Shown: positions 38,969 through 49,192 of the stretch, one piece after another
How positions within the stretch are numbered: position 1 is the stretch's first letter
Layout of the letters: every line of letters starts with the position of its first letter
Source of the DNA: an uncultured Bulleidia sp.
GTDB taxonomy: Bacteria > Bacillota_I > Bacilli_A > Erysipelotrichales > Erysipelotrichaceae
Length of the DNA stretch: 64,000 nucleotides
Assembly (NCBI GenBank): GCA_934757945.1
Contig: CAKVLT010000001.1
Location: 4,612 to 68,611, forward strand
Direction of reading: 5' to 3'
The notes under the pieces: model-generated
What the model was told of the DNA's origin: nothing
Database searches by the model: none
What the model saw: only the letters and a program-made list of their open reading frames with translations
Program-made: the position numbers and the translations under genes

Positions 38969-40612
38969 ATGCATGAATGGTGGAAAGAGGAAGTGGTCTA
39001 TCAGATCTATCCTCGCAGTTTTAGTGACAGTAATCACGACGGTATAGGGGATATCCCCGGTATTATTTCCAGGCTGGATTATTTACAGCAATTAGGTATC
39101 ACAAGCATATGGGTATGTCCTGTCTATGCTTCTCCACAGGCAGATAACGGCTACGATATCTCTGATTATTATTCTATTGAACCTGCTTATGGAACTTTAA
39201 AAGATGTGGAAACATTAATTGAAGAAGGTAAAAAAAGAGGCATCAAGCTGATTATGGACCTGGTCATCAATCATACTTCTGATAAACATGAATGGTTTCA
39301 GCAGGCTTTAAAAGATCCTCATAGCAAGTACAGAAAATATTACATCTTCAAAGAAGGAAATAACGGATGTCCTCCGAATAACTGGAGATCTGTATTTGGA
39401 GGCTCTGTATGGGAAAAAGTACCTGATGAAGAAAACATGTACTACTTCCATGCTTTTGCAAAAAAACAGCCTGATTTAAACTGGGAAAACGAAGAAATGC
39501 GTGAAGATATCTACAAAATGATTAACTGGTGGCTTGATAAAGGGATTGCCGGATTCAGAGTAGATGCCATAAATTTCATTAAGAAAGACCAGACATGGAA
39601 AGATGGAGAACCTGATGGTGCAGATGGGCTGAGCAGCTGTATGCACTTCTGCAGAAATGCCCGTGGTATTGACGTGTTCTTCAAAGAATTAAGAGAACGA
39701 ACGTTTGATACACACAGATGTATGACTGTAGCAGAAGCAGTGGATGTCCCATATACACAATTAGATATGTTCATCGGTGACAAAGGCTGTTTTAATATGC
39801 TGTTTGATTTCAATTACTGCAATATTGATATCTCGCCGACAGAAGAATGGTTCCCTGAACAGAACTGGACAATCAGAGAGTATAAAGAAAAGATGTTTGA
39901 AGGAATGTCAGAAATTAATAAGACAGGATGGTGTGGCACGTTCCTTGAAAACCATGATATGCCTAGAGTTACTTCCCGACTGATAAAAAACAAAGAAGAA
40001 AGAACTCCTGTAGCTGCCAAATGTCTTGGTATGCTGTATATGTTCATGAAAGGTACACCTTTTATCTATGAAGGGCAGGAATTAGGTTGTTTAAATAACG
40101 AAAGAACCTCGCTTGAACAGTTTGACGATATTTCCAGTAAAAACCAGTATACGCGTGCTTTACAGGAAGGATACACAGCCCAACAGGCCATGTCCTTTTT
40201 GAACAGAAGAAGCAGAGATAATACACGTTCTCCTATGGCCTGGGATGGAAGCACTTATGCAGGTTTCTCTGATGTAAAGCCTTGGCTGGAATGCAATGAG
40301 CACAGTTCTGCAATCAATGTGGCAAATGAGATAAATGACCCTGCATCAGTTTTAAGCTTTTATAAGAAGCTGATTCAAATCAGACAGGAACATATAGACC
40401 TGTTTGTGGAAGGGGATTTTATCGCTTTAGATACCGAAGACAATGTCATTGCTTATCAAAGAAAACTAAAGGATACATCTTTCACCATTGTATGCAATAT
40501 GCAGGGCAGTGAAACAGCATTCTCTTTTGATCCCAACGCCTGTGTTTTAAGTAATGCAGAAATCAAAAAAAATACACTGTCTGGATGGCAGTGCATTCTC
40601 CTGAAAGGATAA
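38969..40612 (+). CDS. GH13 alpha-glucosidase (trehalose-6-phosphate hydrolase / oligo-1,6-glucosidase family), cytoplasmic
   Basis: 547 aa starting WWKEEVVYQIYPRSFSDSNHDGIGD, with the GH13 catalytic regions. It is close to B. subtilis TreA/MalL along the length. There is no signal peptide. Confidence 0.85.
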   Translation: MHEWWKEEVVYQIYPRSFSDSNHDGIGDIPGIISRLDYLQQLGITSIWVCPVYASPQADNGYDISDYYSIEPAYGTLKDVETLIEEGKKRGIKLIMDLVINHTSDKHEWFQQALKDPHSKYRKYYIFKEGNNGCPPNNWRSVFGGSVWEKVPDEENMYYFHAFAKKQPDLNWENEEMREDIYKMINWWLDKGIAGFRVDAINFIKKDQTWKDGEPDGADGLSSCMHFCRNARGIDVFFKELRERTFDTHRCMTVAEAVDVPYTQLDMFIGDKGCFNMLFDFNYCNIDISPTEEWFPEQNWTIREYKEKMFEGMSEINKTGWCGTFLENHDMPRVTSRLIKNKEERTPVAAKCLGMLYMFMKGTPFIYEGQELGCLNNERTSLEQFDDISSKNQYTRALQEGYTAQQAMSFLNRRSRDNTRSPMAWDGSTYAGFSDVKPWLECNEHSSAINVANEINDPASVLSFYKKLIQIRQEHIDLFVEGDFIALDTEDNVIAYQRKLKDTSFTIVCNMQGSETAFSFDPNACVLSNAEIKKNTLSGWQCILLKG

Positions 40613-40615
40613 CAG

Positions 40616-40646
40616 GAAGTTCTGATATCAGAACTTCTTTTTTTAT
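40616..40646 (+). terminator. rho-independent terminator
   Basis: A perfect 22-bp palindrome GAAGTTCTGATATCAGAACTTC is followed by T8. Confidence 0.8.
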
Positions 40647-40650
40647 TAAA

Positions 40651-40686
40651 AAGGACTTGTCGTACCCTTAATCAACAAGTCCTTTT
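40651..40686 (-). terminator. rho-independent terminator for the PTS EIICB gene
   Basis: AAGGACTTGT/ACAAGTCCTT stem followed by a T-run on the minus strand. Confidence 0.65.
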
Positions 40687-40721
40687 CTTAAAAGAGATAA
40701 ATTAATGTAATGAATCAGTAA

Positions 40722-42188
40722 TTATTTAACTAATTTTTTGAATTCGTCAGCAACGAACTGAACTTTCATACCAACGACTACCTGAACATCAGTTTTGCTT
40801 GGACGGATAATGCCGCTAACACCTGCAGACTTGATTTTCTTTTCATCGATGATAGAAGAATCTTTAACTACAAGACGTAATCTTGTGATGCAGTTATCAA
40901 CGCTTACTACGTTTTCTTTTCCACCAACACCTTCTAAGATAATCTTAGCAACTTCTGTGAAGTCATCGTTAGCAAGAACTGCAGCCTTTTCTTCGTCAGA
41001 AGCATCGTCGTCTTCACGACCTGGTGTCTTAAGATCCCACTTAAGAATAGCGAACTTGAATACTGCGTAGAATACTACGAATGCTGCAATGCCTAATGGA
41101 ATGATCAACCATGTCTTTGCTGCAGCTGGTAAGGAAGCAGAGAATAATAAGTCAGTAGCACCTGCGGAGAAGCAGAAACCAGCTCTGAATCCAAGAGCAA
41201 CTGTGATAGTTGTGAAAATACCATACAGAACGGAGTAGATTAAGTATAAGCCTGGTGCTAAGAACATGAATGCGAATTCGAATGGTTCTGTAACACCACA
41301 TACGAATGCGGAGATAGCAGCGGAAGCTAAGATACCAATAGCAATCTTCTTCTTGTTTTCTTTAGCTGTCTGAATCATAGCTAATGCAGCACCTGGAATA
41401 CCGAACATCATACATGGGAAGAATCCGGACATGTACATACCTAAGCTCCATGTTACATCTGCACTTGTTTCACCAGCCCAGAAGTGAGAGAGGTCACCAA
41501 GACCAATTGTATCGAACCAGAATACGTTGTTTAAAGCGTGGTGTAATCCGAATGGGATGAGTAATCTGTTGAAGAATGCATAGATACCAGCACCAACAGC
41601 GCCCATGCTTGCAATACCCTGACCTAAAGCAACTAATGCACCGAAAATTACAGGCCATACGAATAATAATACAACACTGACTAAGATGGAAGTAACACCG
41701 GATACAATAGCAACACAACGTTTACCGGAGAAGAAGGACAGCCAGTCTGGAAGTCTTGTTCCCTTGAACTTGTTGTAGCATGTAGAACCGATGATACCAG
41801 CAATGATTGCGATGAATGGGTTAGCAATCTTGTTGAATGCGATAGTAGCTGTTTCGTTCAATGTCATGAATGTTGTAACAGTACCTGTAGATAAAAGTGT
41901 TGTGATCATTAACCAGGAAACAAGAGCTGCTAAAGCACCTGTACCATCGTGGTCATCAGTCATACCAACACCGATACCGATGGCAAATAAGATTGCCATG
42001 TTATCAATGACAGCACCTCCGGCCTTAACTAAGAAGAAGCCGATCTGCTGTAAAAGACCAACTACGTCACCACCCTGAATTGCGGATGGACATAGAAGGT
42101 AACCTAGTCCCATGAGAATTCCACAGATTGGAAGACATGCGACTGGAAGCATTAGGGATTTCCCTAACTTTTGGACAAATTTCATCAT
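40722..42188 (-). CDS. PTS glucose-family EIICB component
   Basis: 488 aa polytopic IIC domain plus a C-terminal IIB domain with the phospho-Cys motif NCITRLRL. Confidence 0.85.
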   Translation of the reverse strand: MMKFVQKLGKSLMLPVACLPICGILMGLGYLLCPSAIQGGDVVGLLQQIGFFLVKAGGAVIDNMAILFAIGIGVGMTDDHDGTGALAALVSWLMITTLLSTGTVTTFMTLNETATIAFNKIANPFIAIIAGIIGSTCYNKFKGTRLPDWLSFFSGKRCVAIVSGVTSILVSVVLLFVWPVIFGALVALGQGIASMGAVGAGIYAFFNRLLIPFGLHHALNNVFWFDTIGLGDLSHFWAGETSADVTWSLGMYMSGFFPCMMFGIPGAALAMIQTAKENKKKIAIGILASAAISAFVCGVTEPFEFAFMFLAPGLYLIYSVLYGIFTTITVALGFRAGFCFSAGATDLLFSASLPAAAKTWLIIPLGIAAFVVFYAVFKFAILKWDLKTPGREDDDASDEEKAAVLANDDFTEVAKIILEGVGGKENVVSVDNCITRLRLVVKDSSIIDEKKIKSAGVSGIIRPSKTDVQVVVGMKVQFVADEFKKLVK

Positions 42189-42252
42189 GTGATTTTCCTC
42201 CTTTGTCTCTTTTTTTTCTCTATTTCAACTGTAATCCCCAGCTAAATTAGAC

Positions 42253-42729
42253 TTACTTTTCGATTTCCATAATCGTATCTTTTGGCTGTACAGATTTACC
42301 GGTAACACCCTCGATTGATTTGAAATCCGGTGTATTTGTAACAACTACAGGAATGACTGTGTCATAACCTGCATTCTTAATAGCATCTAAATCTGCTTCT
42401 AATAACAGATCACCCATTTTTACAGTATCACCCATCTGAACATGGCCCTTAAACCCTTCACCTTTCAGATTTACTGTATCAATACCTACATGAACCAGAA
42501 GTTCTACACCTTCTTCACTCTGCAGGCCAACTGCATGTAATGTAGGGAAAATCATAGAAACTGTACCATTGACAGGGGAGTAAATCTTCCCATCTGTCGG
42601 TTTTACAGCTATACCTTTTCCTATCATTTCCTGAGCGAATGTAGGATCATTGACTGTGTTCAGTGCAATGACTTCACCCTGACATGGGGAACCAATTTGA
42701 ATTTTTTTCTTTTTAAATAAGTTAAACAT
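42253..42729 (-). CDS. PTS glucose-family EIIA component (Crr-like)
   Basis: 158 aa with the EIIA-Glc fold (GIAVKP, HAVGL and LLVHVGIDTV motifs). Confidence 0.85.
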   Translation of the reverse strand: MFNLFKKKKIQIGSPCQGEVIALNTVNDPTFAQEMIGKGIAVKPTDGKIYSPVNGTVSMIFPTLHAVGLQSEEGVELLVHVGIDTVNLKGEGFKGHVQMGDTVKMGDLLLEADLDAIKNAGYDTVIPVVVTNTPDFKSIEGVTGKSVQPKDTIMEIEK

Positions 42730-42739
42730 GTTTTCCTCC

Positions 42740-43579
42740 TCATTCTTCTGTTGTAGAAGCTATATGTCGTATATGGATTGCCAGATACATCAATTCTTCC
42801 TGAGATAATATACATCCAGTAGATTCAGAAATGTAACCGGCAATTTTCTCACTACAGCTAAATTCTGCAGGATATTTCAGTTTCACAAATTCAGATAATT
42901 CTTTATCTCCCTGTTCCAGGAACTCATTTCTGTACACTCTCTGCAAAAGAAATTTCACATGAGTTATCAGTCTTTCGTAATACAGGCTGTTATCATCAAG
43001 AGTAAGATGCATTTCCTCTCTGACAATATCCAGTATTTTTTTTACCTGCTCAGGGAACTTTGCCACATCCGCAATATTTGTACCATATTCCGAGTTCACA
43101 AAGTGTAATGCGATAAATCCAGCCTCATCTTCTTCTAAAGTAATTCCTAATCTTTCCTTCAGAAGATCCAGAGCATAGCAGCCTACAGCAAACTCTGTCG
43201 GATAAAACCTTTTAATCTCCCATAGCAGTGCATTGGTAAAGCGAATATCGTTCTCATATCTCTGGATGGCAAAACTTATGTGATCTGTCAATGTCAGATA
43301 AATACTTGAATTCAGATGTACAGGAATTGTATCTTTTGCATAGGAAATAATGTCCTCTGCTATTTTTGCATGTTCCAGAGGAATACGTTCCAGTAATTCC
43401 TTATACTTCTCACCTGCATCACTTTTTTCAATGCGGAAAACCTTCTCGATTCTATCTTCGTTAATGTCAAAACCTGCCTTCACTCCAAACCCGATGCCTT
43501 TGCCCATGACAATCAGTTCATCCCCATTTGAGTCCGTTGAAGATACTATGTTGTTGTTAATGACTTTTTCTACAATCAT
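42740..43579 (-). CDS. BglG/LicT/SacY-family transcription antiterminator (co-antiterminator RNA-binding domain plus two PRD domains)
   Basis: MIVEKVINNNIVSS is the RNA-binding-domain start. Two PRD domains with conserved His follow. The start is set downstream of the leader terminator, with a GAAGGGGAA Shine-Dalgarno. Confidence 0.85.
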   Translation of the reverse strand: MIVEKVINNNIVSSTDSNGDELIVMGKGIGFGVKAGFDINEDRIEKVFRIEKSDAGEKYKELLERIPLEHAKIAEDIISYAKDTIPVHLNSSIYLTLTDHISFAIQRYENDIRFTNALLWEIKRFYPTEFAVGCYALDLLKERLGITLEEDEAGFIALHFVNSEYGTNIADVAKFPEQVKKILDIVREEMHLTLDDNSLYYERLITHVKFLLQRVYRNEFLEQGDKELSEFVKLKYPAEFSCSEKIAGYISESTGCILSQEELMYLAIHIRHIASTTEE

Positions 43580-43596
43580 ATCAGTTCCCCTTCTAA

Positions 43597-43650
43597 CAAC
43601 ATAAAAACCAAACATGTTCAGAAAAAAGTTTCTTAAATCATGTTTGGTTT
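43597..43650 (-). terminator. leader terminator upstream of the licT-like gene
   Basis: A 12-bp perfect stem AAACCAAACATG/CATGTTTGGTTT is followed by TTTTATGTT on the minus strand. Confidence 0.65.
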
Positions 43651-43670
43651 AGCCTTTTCAGTAACTATCC
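43638..43670 (-). promoter_or_regulatory. ribonucleic antiterminator (RAT) site overlapping the 5' arm of the leader terminator
   Basis: The minus-strand sequence GGATAGTTACTGAAAAGGCTAAACCAAACATGA compares with the B. subtilis LicT/SacY RAT consensus GGATTGTTACTGATAAAGCAGGCAAAACCTAAA. Confidence 0.65.
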
Positions 43671-43875
43671 AGTTTTCTTTAAGCAAACTTAATATACCAT
43701 GTTTTTTTATTATCATACTAGAAAAAATCTTTGATGTATCTATAAAATACTTCTTTTCCAAACTTTCAAAATGAAAACGGTATCATTTGTAAAAAAGTGA
43801 TTTATGTCATCATTTTTCTATTTATTTACGTGTTTTCTTGAATATTTTTTGATTTTCTTTTATTTTTCTCATTTT

Positions 43876-43910
43876 TAATCAAAAAAGCATTTCCTTTTTT
43901 GGAAATGCTT
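43876..43910 (-). terminator. terminator of the pyr operon
   Basis: AAGCATTTCC/GGAAATGCTT stem with a T6 loop, followed by TTTTTTGATT on the minus strand. Confidence 0.7.
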
Positions 43911-43914
43911 CAGT

Positions 43915-44991
43915 TTACAGCTTTTTCTCCTGTTCACAATAAATACAGCGATAAACATTATCATGTATCTTTTTGAAAGTGTGTGGAAGTTCCTGTTCAC
44001 TACTGCAAATACATCTTGGATTATCGCATTTTAATATATCTGTAATAGTTTCTTCCTGTATTGTCTGGCGCTTCTTATCTGCGGAATGTAACAGATAATA
44101 CATCAGTGCCATTCTCATATACTTGCCAAACTTTACCTGTTTGAAGTAACAAGCCCTTGGGTCTTCATCCACTTTAACGGAGATTTCATTAACTCTTGGC
44201 AACGGATGTAATACAATTGCGTCCTTTTTAGCCAGTTTCATTTTTTCGGCATCTAATACATACAGATCTTTTACCTGTTCATAGACTTCCAGAGAATCAA
44301 AACGTTCTTTCTGGATTCTGGTCATATACAGCACATCCAGCTGAGGAATTGCTTCCTCCAAAGAGGCTACTTCCGTATAAGGAATACATTTCTTTTGCAG
44401 AACATCTTCTTTTACCCATTGTGGTAATGCCAGTACTTCAGGAGATATGAGAATTACCTTGAGACCGGCATATCTTGCCAGTGCGTTTAATAAAGAGTGC
44501 ACTGTTCTGCCGTATTTTAAATCTCCGCAGAATCCTACTGTCAGATTCTCCAAAGTTCCCTTTTCATGGTAGATAGTTAACAGATCCAGCAATGTCTGCG
44601 TAGGATGATTATGTCCTCCATCCCCTGCATTAATTACCGGGATATCGCAACTGTTTGCAGCTACCAGAGGAGCACCTTCTTTTAAAGTTCTCATGGCTAT
44701 AATATCAGCAAGCTGTGATACTACGATACTTGTATCATGTACACTTTCTCCCTTGGAAACTGAAGCATTCTGTGCCCCGGAGAATCCAATAACACTTCCA
44801 CCCATGCTTAACATCGCACTTTCAAAAGAGAGTCTTGTTCTTGTACTTGGTTCATAGAATAAAGTTGCAAGTATTTTGCCTTTGCAGGCTTCACTGTATT
44901 TCTCAGGATGATCAATCATATCCAATGCGATATGCATCAGTTCATCAATCTGTTCAACAGTAAGATCTAATATATCTGTGACGTCTTTCAT
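43915..44991 (-). CDS. pyrB: aspartate carbamoyltransferase catalytic chain with a C-terminal PyrI-type zinc-binding domain fused
   Basis: The N-terminal 300 aa is ATCase (STRTR, HPxQ). The C-terminal 55 aa, ILKCDNPRCICSSEQELPHTF...RCIYCEQEK, matches the E. coli PyrI zinc domain CPNSNCISHAEPVSSSF...KCKYCEKEF. Confidence 0.85.
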   Translation of the reverse strand: MKDVTDILDLTVEQIDELMHIALDMIDHPEKYSEACKGKILATLFYEPSTRTRLSFESAMLSMGGSVIGFSGAQNASVSKGESVHDTSIVVSQLADIIAMRTLKEGAPLVAANSCDIPVINAGDGGHNHPTQTLLDLLTIYHEKGTLENLTVGFCGDLKYGRTVHSLLNALARYAGLKVILISPEVLALPQWVKEDVLQKKCIPYTEVASLEEAIPQLDVLYMTRIQKERFDSLEVYEQVKDLYVLDAEKMKLAKKDAIVLHPLPRVNEISVKVDEDPRACYFKQVKFGKYMRMALMYYLLHSADKKRQTIQEETITDILKCDNPRCICSSEQELPHTFKKIHDNVYRCIYCEQEKKL

Positions 44992-45626
44992 TTGTTCATC
45001 CAGCTTTCATCAGATGGATTGTTTCTGAAGGCAATGACTCTGTCAATATCTGTATTTGCAATATATCCTTCTTCTGCAGCTGCTTTTGCAATTGTATCAA
45101 AATCTGTCAAAGAAACATTCTTGACATTATTTGCCTGTAATCTGTCTGTAGCTTTCTGCATGCCGTATGTGACGATAGATACAATGCCAAGAACTTCTGC
45201 ACCCGCTTCTCTTAATACGTTAACTACGTCAACACAGCTTCCTGCAGTAGAGATAAGATCTTCTACTACTACGACCTTCTGGCCTTTTTCAAGTTTGCCT
45301 TCAATCTGGTTTTTACGTCCATGGTCTTTAGAACCAGTGCGTACATATCCCATTGGCATGCCTAAAATCTGAGCAGTAATAGCTGCATGAGCAATACCTG
45401 CAGTGGATGTTCCCATTAAGACTTCTGCTTCAGGATATTCTTCTTTTACAAGTTCAGCAAGACCATTTTCAACATCTGTTCTTACAGCTACATCTGTCAA
45501 GGTCAGTCTGTTATCACAATAGATAGGGGATTTAATTCCGCTTGCCCATGTGAATGGTTCATTTGGTCTGAAGAACACAGCCTTGATTTTTAATAAATCT
45601 TTTGCAATTAATTCACTTCTTGTCAT
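44988..45626 (-). CDS. pyrE: orotate phosphoribosyltransferase
   Basis: 212 aa type-I phosphoribosyltransferase (VVVVEDLISTAGS PRPP motif). Confidence 0.88.
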   Translation of the reverse strand: MTRSELIAKDLLKIKAVFFRPNEPFTWASGIKSPIYCDNRLTLTDVAVRTDVENGLAELVKEEYPEAEVLMGTSTAGIAHAAITAQILGMPMGYVRTGSKDHGRKNQIEGKLEKGQKVVVVEDLISTAGSCVDVVNVLREAGAEVLGIVSIVTYGMQKATDRLQANNVKNVSLTDFDTIAKAAAEEGYIANTDIDRVIAFRNNPSDESWMNK

Positions 45627-45631
45627 TTTCC

Positions 45632-46336
45632 TTATTCTCCTTTAACAAATTCTCTGACACATCTCTCATATGCAGCTACAGGATCTTTTGCAGCTGTAAT
45701 AGATCTTCCTACTACAATATAATCACTGCCGATTTCTCTTGCATCTTTTGGTGTCATAACTCTCTTCTGATCGCCCTTTGCATCATCCGCAAAACGAATA
45801 CCAGGTGTAACTGTCAGGAAAGATTCTCCACAGGTCTCATGAACCTTCTGTGATTCAAGTGGAGAGCATACCACTCCATCAAGACCAGCTTCCTGAGCGC
45901 ACTTTGCATAATGCATAACTACCTGATCAATAGGTTCTTTAATCAGAAGATCTTTTTCCATGCTTTCCTGATCTGTACTTGTTAACTGCGTAACTGCGAT
46001 CAGTAATGGACGTGTACCATCTTCTCTTGTCAAGCCTTCCAGAGCAGCTGTCATCATCGCTTTTGTACCTGCAGCATGTAAGTTTACCAGGTCAACATCC
46101 AGGGAAGATAATACATGCATGGACTTCTTAACTGTATTTGGAATATCATGAAGTTTCAGATCGAGGAATATCTTATGTCCTCTCTTTTTAATTTCTTTTA
46201 CAATTTCAGGGCCTTCTGCATAGAATAATTCCATTCCGATTTTCACAAATGGTTTTGTGTCTTGAAACTTGTCAAGGAAAGCAAATGTGTCTTCCTTGGA
46301 ATTAAAATCACAAGCAATAATTACATCTTTTGGCAT
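45632..46336 (-). CDS. pyrF: orotidine 5'-phosphate decarboxylase
   Basis: Start [11 protein letters not shown], with [11 protein letters not shown] containing the catalytic Lys. Confidence 0.88.
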   Translation of the reverse strand: MPKDVIIACDFNSKEDTFAFLDKFQDTKPFVKIGMELFYAEGPEIVKEIKKRGHKIFLDLKLHDIPNTVKKSMHVLSSLDVDLVNLHAAGTKAMMTAALEGLTREDGTRPLLIAVTQLTSTDQESMEKDLLIKEPIDQVVMHYAKCAQEAGLDGVVCSPLESQKVHETCGESFLTVTPGIRFADDAKGDQKRVMTPKDAREIGSDYIVVGRSITAAKDPVAAYERCVREFVKGE

Positions 46337-46338
46337 AT

Positions 46339-47250
46339 TTATTTCACTCCTTTTATACACTCTTTAAGATTTTCAATGTTATATTCATCCATTACTTTCG
46401 GAAGATCTTCAATAATCTTTTTGCAGATCCATGGATCCACAAGATTCTGTGCTCCGATTTCTACTGCACTGGCACCAGCAAGCATCATTTCAATGACATC
46501 TTCAGCCTTACTGATACCACCGATTCCTATCACAGGAATATCCACTGCATGAGCCACCTGATACACCATTCTTAAGGCAACCGGGAAAATAGCCGGGCCT
46601 GAGAACCCACCCATGGTGTTGGCGATTACAGGTTTTCTTGTTTTTAAATCAATACGCATTCCAAGCATGGTATTAATCAGGGAGATACCGTCTGCGCCTG
46701 CTTTTTCACATGCTTTTGCAATAGCAACAATATCTGTTACATTCGGGCTCAGTTTCATAATAACTGGTTTAGTTGTGACTGCTTTAACAGCTTTTGTCAC
46801 TTCATAAGCTGCTGTTGGATCTGTACCAAAAGCCATTCCTCCACCATGCACATTTGGACAGGAAATATTCACCTCAATCCATCCAATATCTTCTTCCTTA
46901 TCTAATAAGGCACAGGTATACGCATAATCTTCTATGGAAAAACCAGAGACATTTGCCATCACCTTTTTATGAAACACTTTTCGCATTTTAGGTAATTCTT
47001 CTGCAATCACCTTTTCTACTCCTGGATTTTGAAGACCAACTGCGTTAATCAGGCCTCTTTCACATTCTGCAATTCTAGGTGTAGGATTACCGAATCTTGG
47101 ATCTTTTGTTGTTCCTTTGAAAGAGAATGTGCCTAAAATGTTGATATCGTAAAGATCGGCATACTCATAGCCATATCCAAATGTTCCGGAAGCCGGAATA
47201 ATCGGATTATCCAGAGGAATTCCACAGAGTTCTGTTTCTAGTCTTCCCAT
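46339..47250 (-). CDS. pyrD: dihydroorotate dehydrogenase (class 1B) catalytic subunit
   Basis: TIM-barrel FMN enzyme ([14 protein letters not shown]). The start is uncertain, either 47250 or 47289. Confidence 0.85.
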   Translation of the reverse strand: MGRLETELCGIPLDNPIIPASGTFGYGYEYADLYDINILGTFSFKGTTKDPRFGNPTPRIAECERGLINAVGLQNPGVEKVIAEELPKMRKVFHKKVMANVSGFSIEDYAYTCALLDKEEDIGWIEVNISCPNVHGGGMAFGTDPTAAYEVTKAVKAVTTKPVIMKLSPNVTDIVAIAKACEKAGADGISLINTMLGMRIDLKTRKPVIANTMGGFSGPAIFPVALRMVYQVAHAVDIPVIGIGGISKAEDVIEMMLAGASAVEIGAQNLVDPWICKKIIEDLPKVMDEYNIENLKECIKGVK

Positions 47251-47975
47251 ACAATTTCCTCCTTTGCAAAAACTGGTCCGTCTTTGCATACTCTCTTATA
47301 ACCGGTTTTAGTTTTCTTTGAGCATCCCATGCAGGCACCAAAACCACATCCCATTCTTTCTTCAAAGGAATATTCCGCATCACTGGTGATGACTCTGTCC
47401 AAAGCTTGAAGCATAACCATCGGTCCACAGGCATATACGTAGGTATATGATGGAATCTGCTTTAACGCATCTGTTACAAAACCTTTAATTCCATACGATC
47501 CATCTGCTGTAGTTACATAGACAGTACATCCAAGCTCTATAAATTCCTGTTCAAAGAAAATTTCGTCTTTTGTATTAAAACCGAGAATCACCTGAATTCT
47601 TTTCCCTTGTGCAAGTAATTCCTTTGCAAGATAGTAGAGTGGTGGGACACCTACACCACCTCCTGCCAATAATGGAGAATCTCCGCTTTTTGAAAGATCA
47701 TATCCATTTCCCAGATTTACCAGTGAAGGGAAAGAAGTACCTTCTTGCATTGTGGACATTACTTTTGTACCCTTACCCACCACTTTATAAATCAATGTTA
47801 ATTCGTCATCATGTACATCACATACACTGATAGGTCTTCTCAGATATAACTCAGGAAGACGCAGATCTACAAACTGCCCCGGTTTTAAAGATTCAGTTAA
47901 ACCTGTCAGTTTCATTTTAAATACTGTACTTGTAAGCTGTGTCTGCTCGCGAAGTATCAATGTATTTTCTTTCAT
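47238..47975 (-). CDS. pyrK: dihydroorotate dehydrogenase electron-transfer subunit (FAD plus 2Fe-2S)
   Basis: About 245 aa with the C-terminal cluster motif CGFGACMGCS. Confidence 0.85.
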   Translation of the reverse strand: MKENTLILREQTQLTSTVFKMKLTGLTESLKPGQFVDLRLPELYLRRPISVCDVHDDELTLIYKVVGKGTKVMSTMQEGTSFPSLVNLGNGYDLSKSGDSPLLAGGGVGVPPLYYLAKELLAQGKRIQVILGFNTKDEIFFEQEFIELGCTVYVTTADGSYGIKGFVTDALKQIPSYTYVYACGPMVMLQALDRVITSDAEYSFEERMGCGFGACMGCSKKTKTGYKRVCKDGPVFAKEEIVWED

Positions 47976-49192
47976 TTTGATTCCTCCCATACTATATTAC
48001 CGTCATGAATTGTAGCAACGCATTTACTGAAAACATTCATTCCATCAAATGGTGTGGATCTGGCTTTAGACAAGAATGTATCAGAATGAATAATGTACTC
48101 CTCTTCTAAATCATAAATTGTAAAATCCTTAGGATTCACAGGTATAGAAAATATCTTTCTTGGTGCATAAACTAAAGAATCGATGACTCTTTCTAAAGAA
48201 ACTTCCCCTGTCTTTATAAGATGTGTATACACTGATGGAAAAGCTGTTTCAAGTCCAATAATTCCATTTGCAGAATTTTTTAAACCCCTGCTTTTTTCTT
48301 CGACAGAATGCGGAGCGTGGTCTGTCGCCAGACAGTCAATTGTGCCATCTCTATATCCTTCAATTAAAGCAAGCTTATCTTCCTTACTGCGAATAGGAGG
48401 ATACATTTTCCATCTGGCATCTTCCTGCAAGTCTGCATCAGTAAATATCAGATAATGCGGAGCTGTTTCACATGTAATTGCAATACCGTCTTTCTTTGCC
48501 TGACGGATCAGTTCCACAGATTCTTTTGTAGAAATATGACAGACATGATATGCACATCCTGTTTCCTTAGCAAGAAGAATATCGCGTTCTACCTCTTTCC
48601 ATTCGGATTCAGAGCAGATACCTTTATGCCCGTGGTTTCTGGCATACTCACCATCGTGTATATAGCCTCCATGAACCAGAGATTCTACTTCACAATGTGC
48701 ACTAAGAACCTTATTGTATTGTTTACACAGCATCATAGCTTCTTTCATGAGCTGTTCGTTCTGCACACCTTTTCCATCATCGGAAAACCCGCAGACTTTT
48801 GAATGCATTTCCGCTATGTCAGACAGTTCTTTTCCTTTTTCTTCTTTGGTTAAAGATCCAAAAGGGTAAACAGAAATCCGTGCGTACTTATCAATCAGAT
48901 TCTGTTCAATTTGAAGATGTTCCAGTGAATCCGGAACCGGGTTCAGATTTGGCATAGTGCAGACAGTTGTATATCCACCATGCGCTGCTGCCATAGATTC
49001 ACTTTCAATTGTTCCTTTGTAAGAAAAACCCGGCTCTCTGAAATGTACATGGACATCACAGAAACCGGGAAAAATAGTAAAACGATTAGAATTATAAAGA
49101 GATAAATGTTCATCCAATAACAAAGAGGACTCTACATTCTTTATGAAAATTGAATCAGCTGAGTAGATTTTTGCGTCAAGTCTCTTCATCAT
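47972..49192 (-). CDS. pyrC: dihydroorotase
   Basis: The metal-binding HVHFREPG motif is present. The start is set at MMKRLD, which has a GGAGG Shine-Dalgarno 5 nt upstream. The track start at 49204 lies upstream of that Shine-Dalgarno. Confidence 0.88.
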   Translation of the reverse strand: MMKRLDAKIYSADSIFIKNVESSLLLDEHLSLYNSNRFTIFPGFCDVHVHFREPGFSYKGTIESESMAAAHGGYTTVCTMPNLNPVPDSLEHLQIEQNLIDKYARISVYPFGSLTKEEKGKELSDIAEMHSKVCGFSDDGKGVQNEQLMKEAMMLCKQYNKVLSAHCEVESLVHGGYIHDGEYARNHGHKGICSESEWKEVERDILLAKETGCAYHVCHISTKESVELIRQAKKDGIAITCETAPHYLIFTDADLQEDARWKMYPPIRSKEDKLALIEGYRDGTIDCLATDHAPHSVEEKSRGLKNSANGIIGLETAFPSVYTHLIKTGEVSLERVIDSLVYAPRKIFSIPVNPKDFTIYDLEEEYIIHSDTFLSKARSTPFDGMNVFSKCVATIHDGNIVWEESK

